From a virus (Duplodnaviria; Caudoviricetes): DNA of 64,000 bases. The DNA is taken from positions 1 through 64,000 of IMG/VR virus record IMGVR_UViG_3300033066_001917. The stretch is one strand, 5' to 3'. The position numbers and the translations under genes were made by a program. The notes below the pieces were generated by a model, which saw only the letters and a program-made list of their open reading frames with translations, had not been told where the DNA came from and ran no database searches. This document shows positions 46,983 through 58,227 of this stretch, piece by piece; within the stretch, counting starts at the first letter, position 1, and every line of letters starts with the position of its first letter.

Positions 46983-47372
46983 ATGAACACATCTAGCCTC
47001 TTTGCGGCCCGTCAACGTGGTGAGAAGTTCTGGGAAGACCAGAATTCTATTAGCGCCGAAGGGCTCCTATCCCTTGGAGTGGACGTTTCACTTCCCAAGT
47101 ACCGGATGCTGGTCCGTACCCCCAAGGGCACTTTTCCGCAGTGGCAGTTTCGGTACAAGAACTACCCCGACGAATACACCGTGATTCCTGGTGTTCGGGA
47201 GGTTATCACTGTCCTTCGTGTTAAAGGACAGACTGATGCCGGGTGTGCTCGATTTTTTCTTTCTCACAATATTCGGTTGGGTGGTGCCCCCATTGATTAT
47301 CTAGGAAAAGGTCGGGACCCTTGTGTTGTCCTGGAGTGTGCAATGGTGTTCGATGAACATGGCGCGCAATGA
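46983..47372 (+). CDS. Rv2175c/Xre-MbcA-type antitoxin-like protein
   Basis: FP.WQF...VIPGV.EV...L...FF...N..L.G.PID.L..G. Confidence 0.7.
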   Translation: MNTSSLFAARQRGEKFWEDQNSISAEGLLSLGVDVSLPKYRMLVRTPKGTFPQWQFRYKNYPDEYTVIPGVREVITVLRVKGQTDAGCARFFLSHNIRLGGAPIDYLGKGRDPCVVLECAMVFDEHGAQ

Positions 47373-48066
47373 GCACTAGAGAGCTTCGATCAAGAAAGAG
47401 ACATTTCAGGGTCTATGCATTTTCCGCCCTGCAGTTTCTTTCGGCTTTCTCAATTGGCTTTTTCGTAGATCCTCTACCCCTGGCTATCCTAGTGCTGGGG
47501 CTCCACACCGGAGTCAGTATCTACATCTACAGCAAAGTCCTATGACAAAAATCATCATTCTGGAAGCGCCTTCGGGCGCCAATCAGTCGGAGTCGTGTAG
47601 AGAGTTCATTCGTCGACTTGGCGGAAAGCTACCTTGGACCAGCCCCCCATACGAAGATATGGATGCTGTTTTTCGAGCGGTGAAACTGGAGTCCATGGGC
47701 TTCAAAACTGGTTTCCATGTCGTATAGGGGATGAGGGAACAATGATGCGTGTGAATACAGCAAACGGTTGGCTGGACGTTCGATTTGAGCGTCAGGGTAT
47801 CTGGGAGATCATGGGGAACAGCGCTACCTCGGGTACCCGTCCAATGATGGACCGTATCAACCTGGGGTATTCCCCCAAAGGGGATGGTGTCGTCGACCTT
47901 GACGAAGGCCGAAGCGATGAGTCTCAGTGTTTCGGGATTTCGGGCCACATTCGGGTGGATGGGAAAGTGGATCTTATCGGGCGACGGATCCTAGCAAACT
48001 CCGAGCAGGAGATGGTGGAATCCCTTACCAAAGTCACTCTTCTGGCTTGGTGCCCTGGGGATCTGT

Positions 48067-48901
48067 GATCACTACAATGGAAGTAGCGGATCTCGCGGAT
48101 TATCTGGAGAGGGAAAACATCACTCCGGAGCAGCGCGAGAGCCTAATCCATCAGGCAGAAGTGGCGGTGATTAAGGATCCTATCCTTCGCGATCGAATCA
48201 CTCAATCACTCATTCGTCACGCGCTGGATCTCCGAAACTTTCCTTCCTCCTATACTCTTTGGTCTGCCATCCGGCGATTTGCTTCGATGGTTCCAATTGA
48301 GCAATCGGACGTACTCCTGGAGTTCATGCGCCCGGAAGACGAATCGAAAACAATCCAAGCCGCTATGGAAGGGGTTTTCTCGATTTACTCTGTGGATCCT
48401 TTCAGAAATACCGATGTTTCAAATCGTTTGCGGAAACGAGTCCTGGAGCTAGCCACCATCTGGATCAATCCGGCGAAAGTTGTTTCTTCCGGAGATGCAG
48501 CCCTTGCTCTGGCCTGCTACAAAGCCTCCCTTGCCCTTCGGGCAGATCCAGAAGGGTCACTGTATGAAGGGATTCAGAGTCTCAACCGTAGAGTTATCTT
48601 GAACCTGGCAACGGCTGCTCGAAAAGTAATCGATGACCAGGAGGCCCGGATAATGAAACCCATCCTTGAAGGTTCCATGGAACCCGGCACGGATCTCGGA
48701 GAGAAAAGATTCTATCTTCCAGGGATCACACTTAAGTTCACATGCCCGAAATGTGGCCATACCTACGCTCGGGATATGGGTGATAACTACCTTTCCTACC
48801 CCAAAGTAGGTGTCCCCATTGTCCGATCTGCCCACTGTGGGGAATGTGAACACGAGTGGAAATATGAACTCAAGCTGAATGTATCTTTGGAGGTGCTGTG
48901 A
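48067..48901 (+). CDS. hypothetical protein with C-terminal Zn ribbon (start uncertain)
   Basis: Helical N-terminus; CPKCG...CGECEHEW. Confidence 0.6.
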
Positions 48902-49172
48902 TGGAACCCATGTTCTCTAAATACCCAGGTAGCCCATGGGATGAGGTTCCCGATGCTCCGGAGTTCTGTGTGGTTTGTAGTGGTAATCTCCCTGAAGACG
49001 CCGGGGGTGTGATTATAGGCTACGCGGACGATGGGTGCACGTGCTCCGAGAATTGCCACCAGAAGTGGATCCAGGATCAGGAAGAACACCGTAAAGCGGA
49101 GCAGGAAGCATCCATAGCTTTCGCGGAACACTGCGCCGAAATGGCGCGCATGGTAGAAGAGGGACAGTAAAA

Positions 49173-49577
49173 ATGGGTCAATATCATTACGTCATCAATC
49201 GGACAAAGAAGCAGTTTCTACACCCCCATCGCCTCGGAGACGGGCTCAAACTCATGGAGTTCGTGGGGTCGCGAGATGGTACCATCTCGGCTCTTGCTCT
49301 CCTCCTAGCCTGTTCGAACGGAAGAGGTGGAGGTGATTTCAGAGGGGAGGACCCTGACGGCCTCGTAGGTTCATGGGCCGGTGATTCCATCGCAATCGTG
49401 GGGGATTACTTCCGAGCGGAAGATATGCCGGATTACCCCCTCGATTTGGATTGGGAAGATCACTTCGAGGACATTAGCCCCCGAATCCGCAAAGTCATGG
49501 AGGGCAGTGGTATGTTCCAAATGACCCGCTCCTGGGCTTTTGAGGATAATCCAGAAGATAAAGGTCAGGGGTGGTGA
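49173..49577 (+). CDS. conserved phage hypothetical protein
   Basis: MGQY...N..K..F.....G.GLKL.E...G.WAGD.I...GDY. Confidence 0.8.
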   Translation: MGQYHYVINRTKKQFLHPHRLGDGLKLMEFVGSRDGTISALALLLACSNGRGGGDFRGEDPDGLVGSWAGDSIAIVGDYFRAEDMPDYPLDLDWEDHFEDISPRIRKVMEGSGMFQMTRSWAFEDNPEDKGQGW

Positions 49578-50693
49578 AAGTCCTCAATCACACAGGGGTT
49601 CCGCTGACTATTTTCCACGTCAACGACGTGACCATGGATGAGGGGGGTACGTTCTTCCTCCGTGGGGAAACCCCTACGGAACCCGTGGTGGTTCTCCCAC
49701 CTGAACCCAGGGGGGCAGTGAAGCCCCCAAGAATGTTCATTCGTGAGGTTCTGTCGGTAGGAACCGAGGACATTTCAGTGTTTGCTGTATCCGGTGATCA
49801 GCCGAATGCCAAACGGCCCGAGTTCTATCGGATGGATGGCACCTACTGGATTGTCTCCCGGGAAAGAGCCATGGCCATGAGAGAAAAAGGGGAATACCTC
49901 GGAGATATCCTTGTCCCAGGTCGGCCCGTCCACAAACGAGATGGGACCATTGTGGGATACGCCGAATTTGCCCCGGCTTAAAGCAACCACCTGACCACTC
50001 AAAAACATAATGGATACCATGAGCGATCACGTCTACGCAGAGATTGATGGGTACCGACTCAGATTCAATCTGAACGGGGGGGATAAGGGTCCAGCACTCC
50101 CCCTTCGTTTTGGTGGGGAGTACGATACCATGGGATGGGACATCCCGAATGCCTGGGCCGTTGACCGGGAGAATCAGGCTTGGAAGGATTCCGGGGGTCA
50201 TGGGTTTGGTTTGAGACGGTGTACTCTTGAGTCCATGCTCTCCGATATGGATCCGGATGCATCAGCTCTGGCTGACTGGGTTCGTCAGAAAATGGGCATG
50301 AAACCCAAACTTCCAGGATGGATGGCCGCCGCGCTGTCATGTGGGTGGACACCCCCCGCCAACTTCAATCCAAACGACTATGAGTGAATTTACATCTGCA
50401 GGTCCCGACTTCTTCAGTAAGCATATCGGGGTACTCAAAGCCATCCTCCAGTGGAAGCATAAGGATCTCCCTGCCTCCCTTGAAATGAAATACGAGACCA
50501 TCCCCCTCCCACAAGGAACGGAAATGTTCTGGGTGGATTGTCACACCAATGTAAACTTCTCCCACCCATGTTTCCTGGCAGTGGTGACAGAACATGGTGG
50601 ATTGATGGTACGTGACGTGAACTGGTGGCCCGAACCGCTTGAAGGTAATTGGATCCCCATTTGGGACCCTAGAAATACCTATGAAGATCTGAG

Positions 50694-50723
50694 TTGATTT
50701 TCGCCACCCTCAACCGATATAAG
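50694..50723 (+). promoter_or_regulatory. phage promoter, TTGAnT...CGATATA class
   Basis: TTGATTTTCGCCACCCTCAACCGATATAAG. Confidence 0.6.
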
Positions 50724-50967
50724 GGTGGTTGGGTCAACAATCCGAAAGGTAGCTGCCATGAGCCGATATGATCATCTCAGCCCCAAAGAGTTCCGCGTGG
50801 CCCTCGAAAACGAGTATCTGCCTGAGGGTACTCACCAGGAGGTGAAAGACCGCATCTGGAATCTCACCTACGATAACTGCAAGGGTGAGTCCCGAGAGAC
50901 CTGGGAGTGTGTCTACTACGAGTACGTCGGGCTCGTAGAGCTCGTAACCCGAACCATGGGCTAACCA

Positions 50968-51551
50968 ATGCTTTTCGATGCAGAAACCGATCGATCCCTG
51001 AGAAGTGCCGGATACTGCCCACCCAATTTCCCAGCCTACTTTCTCCGGAGCGAAATTCAGGCCCTTCTCACAGGTACCTCCGTCTACTACGGGGGGCCAT
51101 GTGACCATTGCGGAGCTCCCGTCTATCGCTACAACCAGAAATGCTGCGATTCTGACTGCTCCACCATTCCAGATATCTCCCACCCACCGCCAGATTCTTT
51201 CAAGTCTACAACAATAAACCCCAACCCACTATCCGGACAGGGATTCGTGGCGTACCAACACCCTCCGATCTTGTCCGGCATCTTAAATGTGCCAGGGTTC
51301 TTCCTTTCTCATTCTCCGAATACCACTACCAAGTTGACTTGACACGTTGGCCGGATGAAGTATCCGTGTTTGCCCTGTGGGATGGGTTCTCTTTCTTTCG
51401 CCACGAGCCACGATTACTGTATTCCCTTAAGGCCATAACACCCCCGAACCAGCTAGACCTGTTCGACGTGGGTGACCTACCCGTAAAATACATCCATCCA
51501 GCGGAAGCCAAAGCGGCGGCATCGGGTGTGGCGCGCACTTTTGGGCTGTAG
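50968..51551 (+). pseudogene. gene apparently split by a 5-bp TTGAC duplication
   Basis: AAG-TTGAC-TTGAC-ACG; removing one copy fuses the 50968 and 51339 ORFs. Confidence 0.45.
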
Positions 51552-53360
51552 ACCTTTTAGAAATCGAACCCCAAAAAATTTCCAGCCCAGAATATCGGGA
51601 ATTTTTGATTTCCAAAGCTAAATGGAAATCGACCCCCAAGCCAGATATAGATAAAGACCGGGAAGTTGGACACCACGACGTGACCTGGAATCCCCTTTCC
51701 GGAACCCATTTCAAATCGGGATGTGTCATTTTCAATGCGGTTTCAATTCGCAAATTTTGACCCTGTTGGGACCCGGAAATAGTTTTCTATGCGGTTCTGG
51801 GGGTGGTTGGTGGTTCCATGTCTGGGTCCGCGGTCGTAAGCAAGTCATCATAGGAGTCGGGTATGAAGTTCGATCCCACGAAGGCAACAAACGAAGAACT
51901 CTTGGACGAGCTTATTGCACAGGCCAAGCGTCAAGCGAGGTGTGAGTGTCGGGCTGGTCATTGTGAGCCGGGTGTCACCCATAACTACCGTGAGGCGGAT
52001 GAGGCTGCGGAGCGTGTCCTCACCCTGAAGAGTCAGATTCTTGGGGTCATGGAGGAGTATGGGCTATGACGATTGGGGTCAAGGAGTCCCCCATCACCAT
52101 TTTTAGTAGTGGTGGGAAGCGCGACTACCCTACTGTGGAGTATGCCACGATGGCTGGGTGGGTGGATGAGTGGGATTTTGGTGGGTCTAGGGAGGAGGTT
52201 CAGGCTCTGGCCAACTCCTATCTATATCAGTTGATGGACGATCGGTCTCTCCTAGGGATGACGGGGCGGATTCTGGATCTCATTCGACTTAGGAACCTAC
52301 CTATGGGCCTGGGGGTACCGGCGGAAGTGGGGTGTATTGTGCGGGATAGTTCGGTGTGGATTGTGTATCGGAACCACCAAAACTCGGAAGGTATGGGAAA
52401 AGGCCATATGGCCTGATTTGTCCGGGTCTATAATAGGGTTGGTTTCTGTGACCCATGGGTCGATATAAGGTTGAGAGGTAGGATTTCTATGGGCGTTCTA
52501 GTGCGATTTTCTCCGGGTCTTCGTGACATGGCTCGGTGGCTTCTCCTTGATGGTCGGGTGGATGTTCCCTACCTGGAGGGGATCCTTCTTCGTGGGAGTA
52601 CCCACGATCTGATCACCCGGGCATGGGACAACCTGACGATGGAGGATCGGGAGCTGGCCCTTCGTCTTCTCCGGAAGCTTCCGGTGGATCGGTCGAAGTG
52701 CTCAAACCTTAAGGAAGCTGGGTTCGCGTGTGTCTATCTGGGTCCGGGTATGGAGCTCACCCACGACGCCTGGGATTACCTGCACCGTCGCTATCCGGTT
52801 AAGCCGTGAAAACCACCTACAGTGACCTTGAGCTGAGAGCCCTTGAGCTCTATGCCAGTCTCCTACCCCTCATCAAGAGGAAATTGGAAGCGAAAACCGC
52901 TGAAGACCGTCAAGCCATCACCCAAGCCATCCTTCACGAGATTGTCACTGCCCTCGAACATCCCCGGGTAGAGACCGACTCCCATGGAGACTCGCACGTT
53001 GCTTCTCGCTGAGACTCTCGGCCCCATGTTTGCGGGTTACCCGGAGGGGTTTTTTCCCTTCGCCGAGATCCTCAATACTCTCATGGTGCGTGAGCGTGAG
53101 CTGGCCGTAGAGCAGTTTCAGCAGTAACGTCCAACCATTTTACGTGTGGAAAAGGTAACAATCAGTATGAACATTCTCATTGGGATCAAAGAGACCCTCA
53201 AACTCCTCTGGCAGATTGCAGCCGCACCCATTGCGCTCCAGAAGTGGACCCATGGTACAGGGTGGGGGCCAGGGTTCGCCCGTATCGGTCAAGGTATCGG
53301 TCTCCTCGGTAGTGGCGTGATTCGCCTCGGGGTGGCGTGGTCTGGCTCCGACGCCTCGCA

Positions 53361-53401
53361 GGTGGCGTGATTTGAACGCCTCCGATGCAAATCACGCCAC
53401 C
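53361..53401. repeat. 14-bp inverted repeat near the left edge of the insert
   Basis: GGTGGCGTGATTTG...CAAATCACGCCACC; GTGGCGTG also at about 53312 and 53332. Confidence 0.75.
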
Positions 53402-53733
53402 CTCACCAAATGCCTACAGAGAAGGCGTTTGGCGCACGCTGGCGCACGGACAAATCGTCGTCGAGCGAGTGGCGCAGGCTCACGACGGCTCGCAGAACCG
53501 GCCTGCATGACGACCGAACGAGCGCGAACAGCGACCCCGCCGAGCCCGACCCGCTCGGAGCTCCTCCACGCGCGGCCGGGTTCCGAGGGGTGGCGGTCCG
53601 CCGCCCCATCGCCACCCCATCGCCATGGCGGACCGCCACCCCTGCTTGTGATTTCGCATAGTTACGGTGGCTCGCGACGTGCTGTGCGGGGTGCCAAGCA
53701 CGTCGGAACCACCCACCATTTACTGGAGGCAAC

Positions 53734-54816
53734 ATGAAGGACACTGGCAGAATGGCATCAGATATGGACCCCGTCCCCGCCATCGACATCTTCGCGAGCG
53801 CGGGCGGCCTCACGCTGGGCTTCAAGGAAGCCGGTATCCAGACCGTCTGCGCGGTCGAGATCGAGAAGCATCGGGTCGCCACGTTCGCGCACCACACCCC
53901 AGGCGCGACCATCCTGAACGACGACGTCCAGCGCATCGACTTCTCGAAGTACACGGGGAAGGTCGAGCTGATCTACGGAGGCCCTCCGTGTCAGCCGTTT
54001 TCGTCGGGTGGGCAGCAACGTGCGGCGCGTGACGAACGCAACATGATCCCGGCATTTATCCGTGCCATCGCCACCGTTCGTCCCGCCGCGTTCTTCATGG
54101 AGAACGTGCCCGGACTGGTCACCGGGGAGCGCCGAGCCTATTTCCGCAAGATCCTCGCCGAGTACCGCGCTCTCGGGTTCTCCGTCGCGTGGAAGGTCAT
54201 CAACGCCGCCGACTACGGCGTGCCGCAGAAGCGCCGCCGTCTGTTCGTCGTCGGCATGCGCGGGCGCGAGTTCGCCTTTCCAGCGCCGAGCCACGGGCCG
54301 ACGGGACGCTTCCCGCACGTCGCCGTGCGCGACGTTTTGCCCTCGCACCAGATCGGCGAGCCGAACCTCTCGCGGGTGTTCTACGCCAAGACCCCTGACC
54401 TGCGACCGAGCCCCTTCGATGGGCACCTTTTCAATGGCGGCGGACGCGCGATCGACCGGAGCCAGCCGTGCCACACGATCCTCGCGTCGGCGGGGGGCAA
54501 CAAGACGCATTTCTTCGACGATGACGATTTGGTCGCGGAGTACCACCGACACCTGCGCGCAGGAGGCAAGCCCCGCACTGGCACATTGCCCGGCGCGCGC
54601 CGACTCACCGTCACGGAGTCGGCCATCATTCAGACCTTCCCGAAAGACATGGTGTTCATGGGTCCGCGGAGCGTGCAGTACCATCAGGTCGGAGACGCAG
54701 TACCGCCCAAACTGGCGGCGGTCATGGGGCGGGCGCTCGTGTGGCAAATGCGAGGAATCGCGGCTGGATCGCGCGAGGATTTCCCCGAGCCGATGCAGAG
54801 GGTACTGGCGCTGTGA
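53734..54816 (+). CDS. DNA cytosine-5 methyltransferase
   Basis: FASAGG, GGPPCQPFS, ENVPG, GVPQ.RRR, R.LT..E, Q.GDAVP; GGAGG RBS. Confidence 0.95.
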   Translation: MKDTGRMASDMDPVPAIDIFASAGGLTLGFKEAGIQTVCAVEIEKHRVATFAHHTPGATILNDDVQRIDFSKYTGKVELIYGGPPCQPFSSGGQQRAARDERNMIPAFIRAIATVRPAAFFMENVPGLVTGERRAYFRKILAEYRALGFSVAWKVINAADYGVPQKRRRLFVVGMRGREFAFPAPSHGPTGRFPHVAVRDVLPSHQIGEPNLSRVFYAKTPDLRPSPFDGHLFNGGGRAIDRSQPCHTILASAGGNKTHFFDDDDLVAEYHRHLRAGGKPRTGTLPGARRLTVTESAIIQTFPKDMVFMGPRSVQYHQVGDAVPPKLAAVMGRALVWQMRGIAAGSREDFPEPMQRVLAL

Positions 54817-55259
54817 GCACCGCAGAGGACGCCGATGGTGGGCGCAACACCAACGTCGAGCAGGCGGTCGCCGCGGCGCTGGAGCGCATCGACGAGTTCG
54901 TTGCCGGGGATGAACTCAGCCCGCTCCCGGCGCCGCTCCGCGAGGCGTGCGACCGCCTGCTCGACAAGCAACGGGCCAGCGCGAGGACGGCGGGTCTCTT
55001 CTTCTCGTTCTACTGGTTGCTGGAACCTAAGTGGGACGGTGACAGCGTGCCCGTCGGAATTCGTGGGAAGTACGGGGACAAACTCCTGTCGGAGCAGTTG
55101 ACCCAACGCTCGATTACGCGGCACGACGCGATCACGGCCTTCGCAGAAAACCTCGGATGGAAGGGCAACGTACGGCAGTTCCGGTTGAGCCGGGACGAGC
55201 GGCTCAAAGACTTCATTGCCGCGCTGAAGAAGGCCGGGCCGAGCGGGAGGAGTTTTTAG
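54813..55259 (+). pseudogene. 3'-truncated partner gene, probably the cognate restriction endonuclease
   Basis: GTGA-coupled to the MTase; frame ends just after the GC boundary. Confidence 0.5.
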
Positions 55260-55367
55260 CCCTCTCCCCATTTATTGTGGATCGTTCTGCAGCTTTCTTC
55301 CAAGAGAATCCCGATCAGGCCCTGGACAATGCCAAGGCTCTCCTTGCCCAACTCGAAAGCATTTGAA

Positions 55368-56000
55368 ATGTCCCGCGAGAATCTATCTAAAGCTACGGGA
55401 GACCTAATCTCCTCCGCCGACAACTTCCTCAAGGGTCAGGGCACTATCGATGCGTTTGATGAAGCCGCTAAAGCCTATGAGGAGGCGGTCAGGGTTGAAC
55501 GTCTACGTGCTGATAACCTTACAGGATCAGAGCGTGGCAAAGTTTACGAGTACTTGCGATCTTGTAAACGAGAGACAAATAACTGGAAAGCCAAAGTGGA
55601 CAGGATCAGGGGGGTCCCGGCACCCCAAATCGTCAACCTCACAAGGGAGACGTTTACCCTAGCCAGTCCGGAGTGCATTGAAGCTTCCGGTTGCCCCTTT
55701 GACCCATTTGGATACTGCCTCAAAAGGGGTATGAAACTTCTGGTTGCGGGAACTATCCCCCCAAAGCTTCTTCCCAATCCTAGGGACTTGTCCGATATCC
55801 GGGTCGCCAATGAGGGGAGGGTTATCTCTATTCCCACATTCCCCATCTACCCCCCACACCCAACGGAAGGGATTCTCTATCTCGTACCAGAAGGGGTATT
55901 CATGACCGCGAACCGGCAAGACTTCATCACACCAGGGTCCCCGGTGTATAACGCTATGGGTGAGGTTATCGCCTATGCGAATATCCGGACAATGGCCTAG
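55368..56000 (+). CDS. hypothetical phage protein; C-terminus resembles 49571-49981
   Basis: I.NLT...Y.V...R.D...PG.PV....G.VI.YA. Confidence 0.6.
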   Translation: MSRENLSKATGDLISSADNFLKGQGTIDAFDEAAKAYEEAVRVERLRADNLTGSERGKVYEYLRSCKRETNNWKAKVDRIRGVPAPQIVNLTRETFTLASPECIEASGCPFDPFGYCLKRGMKLLVAGTIPPKLLPNPRDLSDIRVANEGRVISIPTFPIYPPHPTEGILYLVPEGVFMTANRQDFITPGSPVYNAMGEVIAYANIRTMA

Positions 56001-56005
56001 GGGGA

Positions 56006-56716
56006 TTATTTGGTGAGGGAGGTACGGATACGGGCCAGGGATGAGTCAACCTCCGAGGCGCTCATCCCTAATTCCAAAGCCATCTCTTTCCTGGTCTTCC
56101 CCAATTCTAAGCCCCCTACCAGACTCTCGATCCTTTCCCACCCCTGAGGGAAAAGTTCCCTTAGGATCTCCCTCCGCCCAAAGTCATCACTGCCTTCAGA
56201 CCCACTCACCTCACCCTCCACCACCATCCCATCCGTAGTCAAATCCTCGTGCAATGTCCTACGGCGATCTTTCCTAAGATAGTTCGACAGGACACACTTG
56301 ATGACGATATGGACATAGTGACCAAACGAGGACTTCGTTGCATCCCAAGGACAAGTCCCATTATCCCTAGCAAGTAGACCACGGTAAACTTCCTGAAGAA
56401 AATCCTCCGGGTCTATTCCCTGCTTCATCAGTGTCCCCGTAAAATTCCCAGCATAAAACAACTTGCGGACTTCATTCCCCCGTGCCGCAAGATCAATCCC
56501 CAAAGATCCCTTCACCCCACCGTCCCGCTTCAGTCGAACAGGGCCCAGACCCCGAAGGATAGTAGGGACATCTAGAGTTGGAACCCAACCAACCAACTTC
56601 ACCCCACATCCAATCCGAGGACTACCCCTCCGGATTACAACACGGCCACGATAAGGTGTAGGAGCATTCACTAACCAGGAATCCCACGGAAGCACGGTAG
56701 GGCTAATCTCAATCAT
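56006..56716 (-). CDS. phage sigma-70 family sigma factor
   Basis: EDFLQEVY..LL...WD..KSSF.HY.......LSNYLRK region 2; C-terminal HTH region 4. Confidence 0.8.
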   Translation of the reverse strand: MIEISPTVLPWDSWLVNAPTPYRGRVVIRRGSPRIGCGVKLVGWVPTLDVPTILRGLGPVRLKRDGGVKGSLGIDLAARGNEVRKLFYAGNFTGTLMKQGIDPEDFLQEVYRGLLARDNGTCPWDATKSSFGHYVHIVIKCVLSNYLRKDRRRTLHEDLTTDGMVVEGEVSGSEGSDDFGRREILRELFPQGWERIESLVGGLELGKTRKEMALELGMSASEVDSSLARIRTSLTK

Positions 56717-57330
56717 ATAACCTCGCAGTTGATTGTGTTACCCTTAACACAGATCACACCACCAACGCAACCCCATTCCCCAAATCAATTTCATTTTTTC
56801 GAAATCAAAATCAATGCGGGTTCAACTTTACGCGGCTCTTCGGCCCCGTAGCCCCGTAGCCCTGTTCCTGTCCATACCCTTCACCCGTATCCACGCTACC
56901 TACCCCCATGGTATCTACCACCCTTCCCCTACCCCCTCCAATCACCCCCTGCCAGGATGCATACCATTCCCGTCATTCTTACCTTTTCTAAACGGGACCT
57001 ATTACTGTCAACAATAACCACACCCCCCTTTCTCTGGCATTTCTCTGTTGGGGAGTGGGGGTTGATTTGATTGAATTTTACCGGGTTGATGCTAAACTTC
57101 CGTTGAACCCCTAGTGTTCACTGAACCCCAGGAAATGGTGGGTTTCAATTCCGGTGTAAAAGGGGGTACCGGATGGTGTTTAGGGGGTTAGAAGAATCAA
57201 GAATTGAGGGAATTGGACAGGGAGATTATTGTCCGGGGGGTTCAATTTGGGTGGTGGTGGGGTTGATTGGACACAGAGTTCCTTGGCTTCTTGACCCGTC
57301 TTGGGGTGTGGGCCCAAGCAGTTAGTTTGT

Positions 57331-58185
57331 TTACCAGGCATACCCCTTTGCTTCTTCGATGGTCATAAAGAAGTGGATTCCTTTGGTGCATTCCACGCGG
57401 ATATCGGGGTCATACTCCGGTTCTTTGACCCACTCGCCAACTTTGTAGGTGAAAGAACGAGTGAAATGAGAGAACAGAATCTCGTCAGATGTGGGGGAGT
57501 CGGAAACGATCCGCACAACTTTGGCTTTATCAGCTCTACATTTGCGTCCTATGAGGGAGCTTGTCCTTCTGGCTGACTTTGGTATGAGAAGCTCAACGAC
57601 AACGGGTTGGTGCGTGGCTGTGCGGACATTTTTGTAGGCGTGAAAATGCCCCGTTTCGGGCACGATCTGGAAGCTGGGTAGTTCGGCCCCGTCAATCCTG
57701 GCTCCCCTTAGGTTAGCTTTTTGAAAAATAGCCTCCTTCAGTTTTGCTCCCTCGAAATTGGTTTCATTGCAAGTAGCTCTGCTTAGGTTGGCTTGGTAGA
57801 GATCGGACTCGGTTAGGGTGGCCCTAGCTAGATCTGCGCTAGAGAGGTCCGCGTCGGAGATGTCCGCGTCGGAGATGTTCGACTTTCTAAGGATGGCCAT
57901 GACCAGGGTGGATTGGGTCAACTTTGCTCCTTGCAGGTTGGCTTCGAGCAAATTGGCCGCACCCATAAAGGCCCCTTGGAGCAAAGCATCCTGAAGGTTG
58001 CATTTCCACAGTTTTGCTTCCCCCGCGTCGGCTCCCCGTAGATCGGCCCGGCTAAGATTAGCCTCGGAAAAGTCCACACCACGGAGTTCTGCCCTGCTAA
58101 AATTAGCACCGGACAAATCCATCCCACGAAAGCTTTTTCCTCTCAGGTCTCTTCCCTGAAAGTTTTTAGGTTTGGTTGTTCCCAT
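57331..58185 (-). CDS. pentapeptide repeat protein with DUF5758-like C-terminus
   Basis: Many A(D/N)LxX repeats; RKCRA..A.V...EC..GIHFF.T.EEA..Y. Confidence 0.9.
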   Translation of the reverse strand: MGTTKPKNFQGRDLRGKSFRGMDLSGANFSRAELRGVDFSEANLSRADLRGADAGEAKLWKCNLQDALLQGAFMGAANLLEANLQGAKLTQSTLVMAILRKSNISDADISDADLSSADLARATLTESDLYQANLSRATCNETNFEGAKLKEAIFQKANLRGARIDGAELPSFQIVPETGHFHAYKNVRTATHQPVVVELLIPKSARRTSSLIGRKCRADKAKVVRIVSDSPTSDEILFSHFTRSFTYKVGEWVKEPEYDPDIRVECTKGIHFFMTIEEAKGYAW

Positions 58186-58227
58186 GGGTTGGTTACACTC
58201 AACCCGGGGTGTAACCAACCCAATTGC

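Larger units (their letters stand above)
53310..55247 (+). other. high-GC, probably host-derived insert
   Basis: Abrupt rise in GC and CG dinucleotides; carries the MTase and a truncated ORF. Confidence 0.75.

Noticed and set aside
53758-54913. Long alternative-frame ORFs over the methyltransferase
   Set aside because: Shadow ORFs expected in high-GC coding DNA; no motifs.
57848-57878. 15-bp tandem duplication
   Set aside because: Ordinary pentapeptide-repeat unit expansion.
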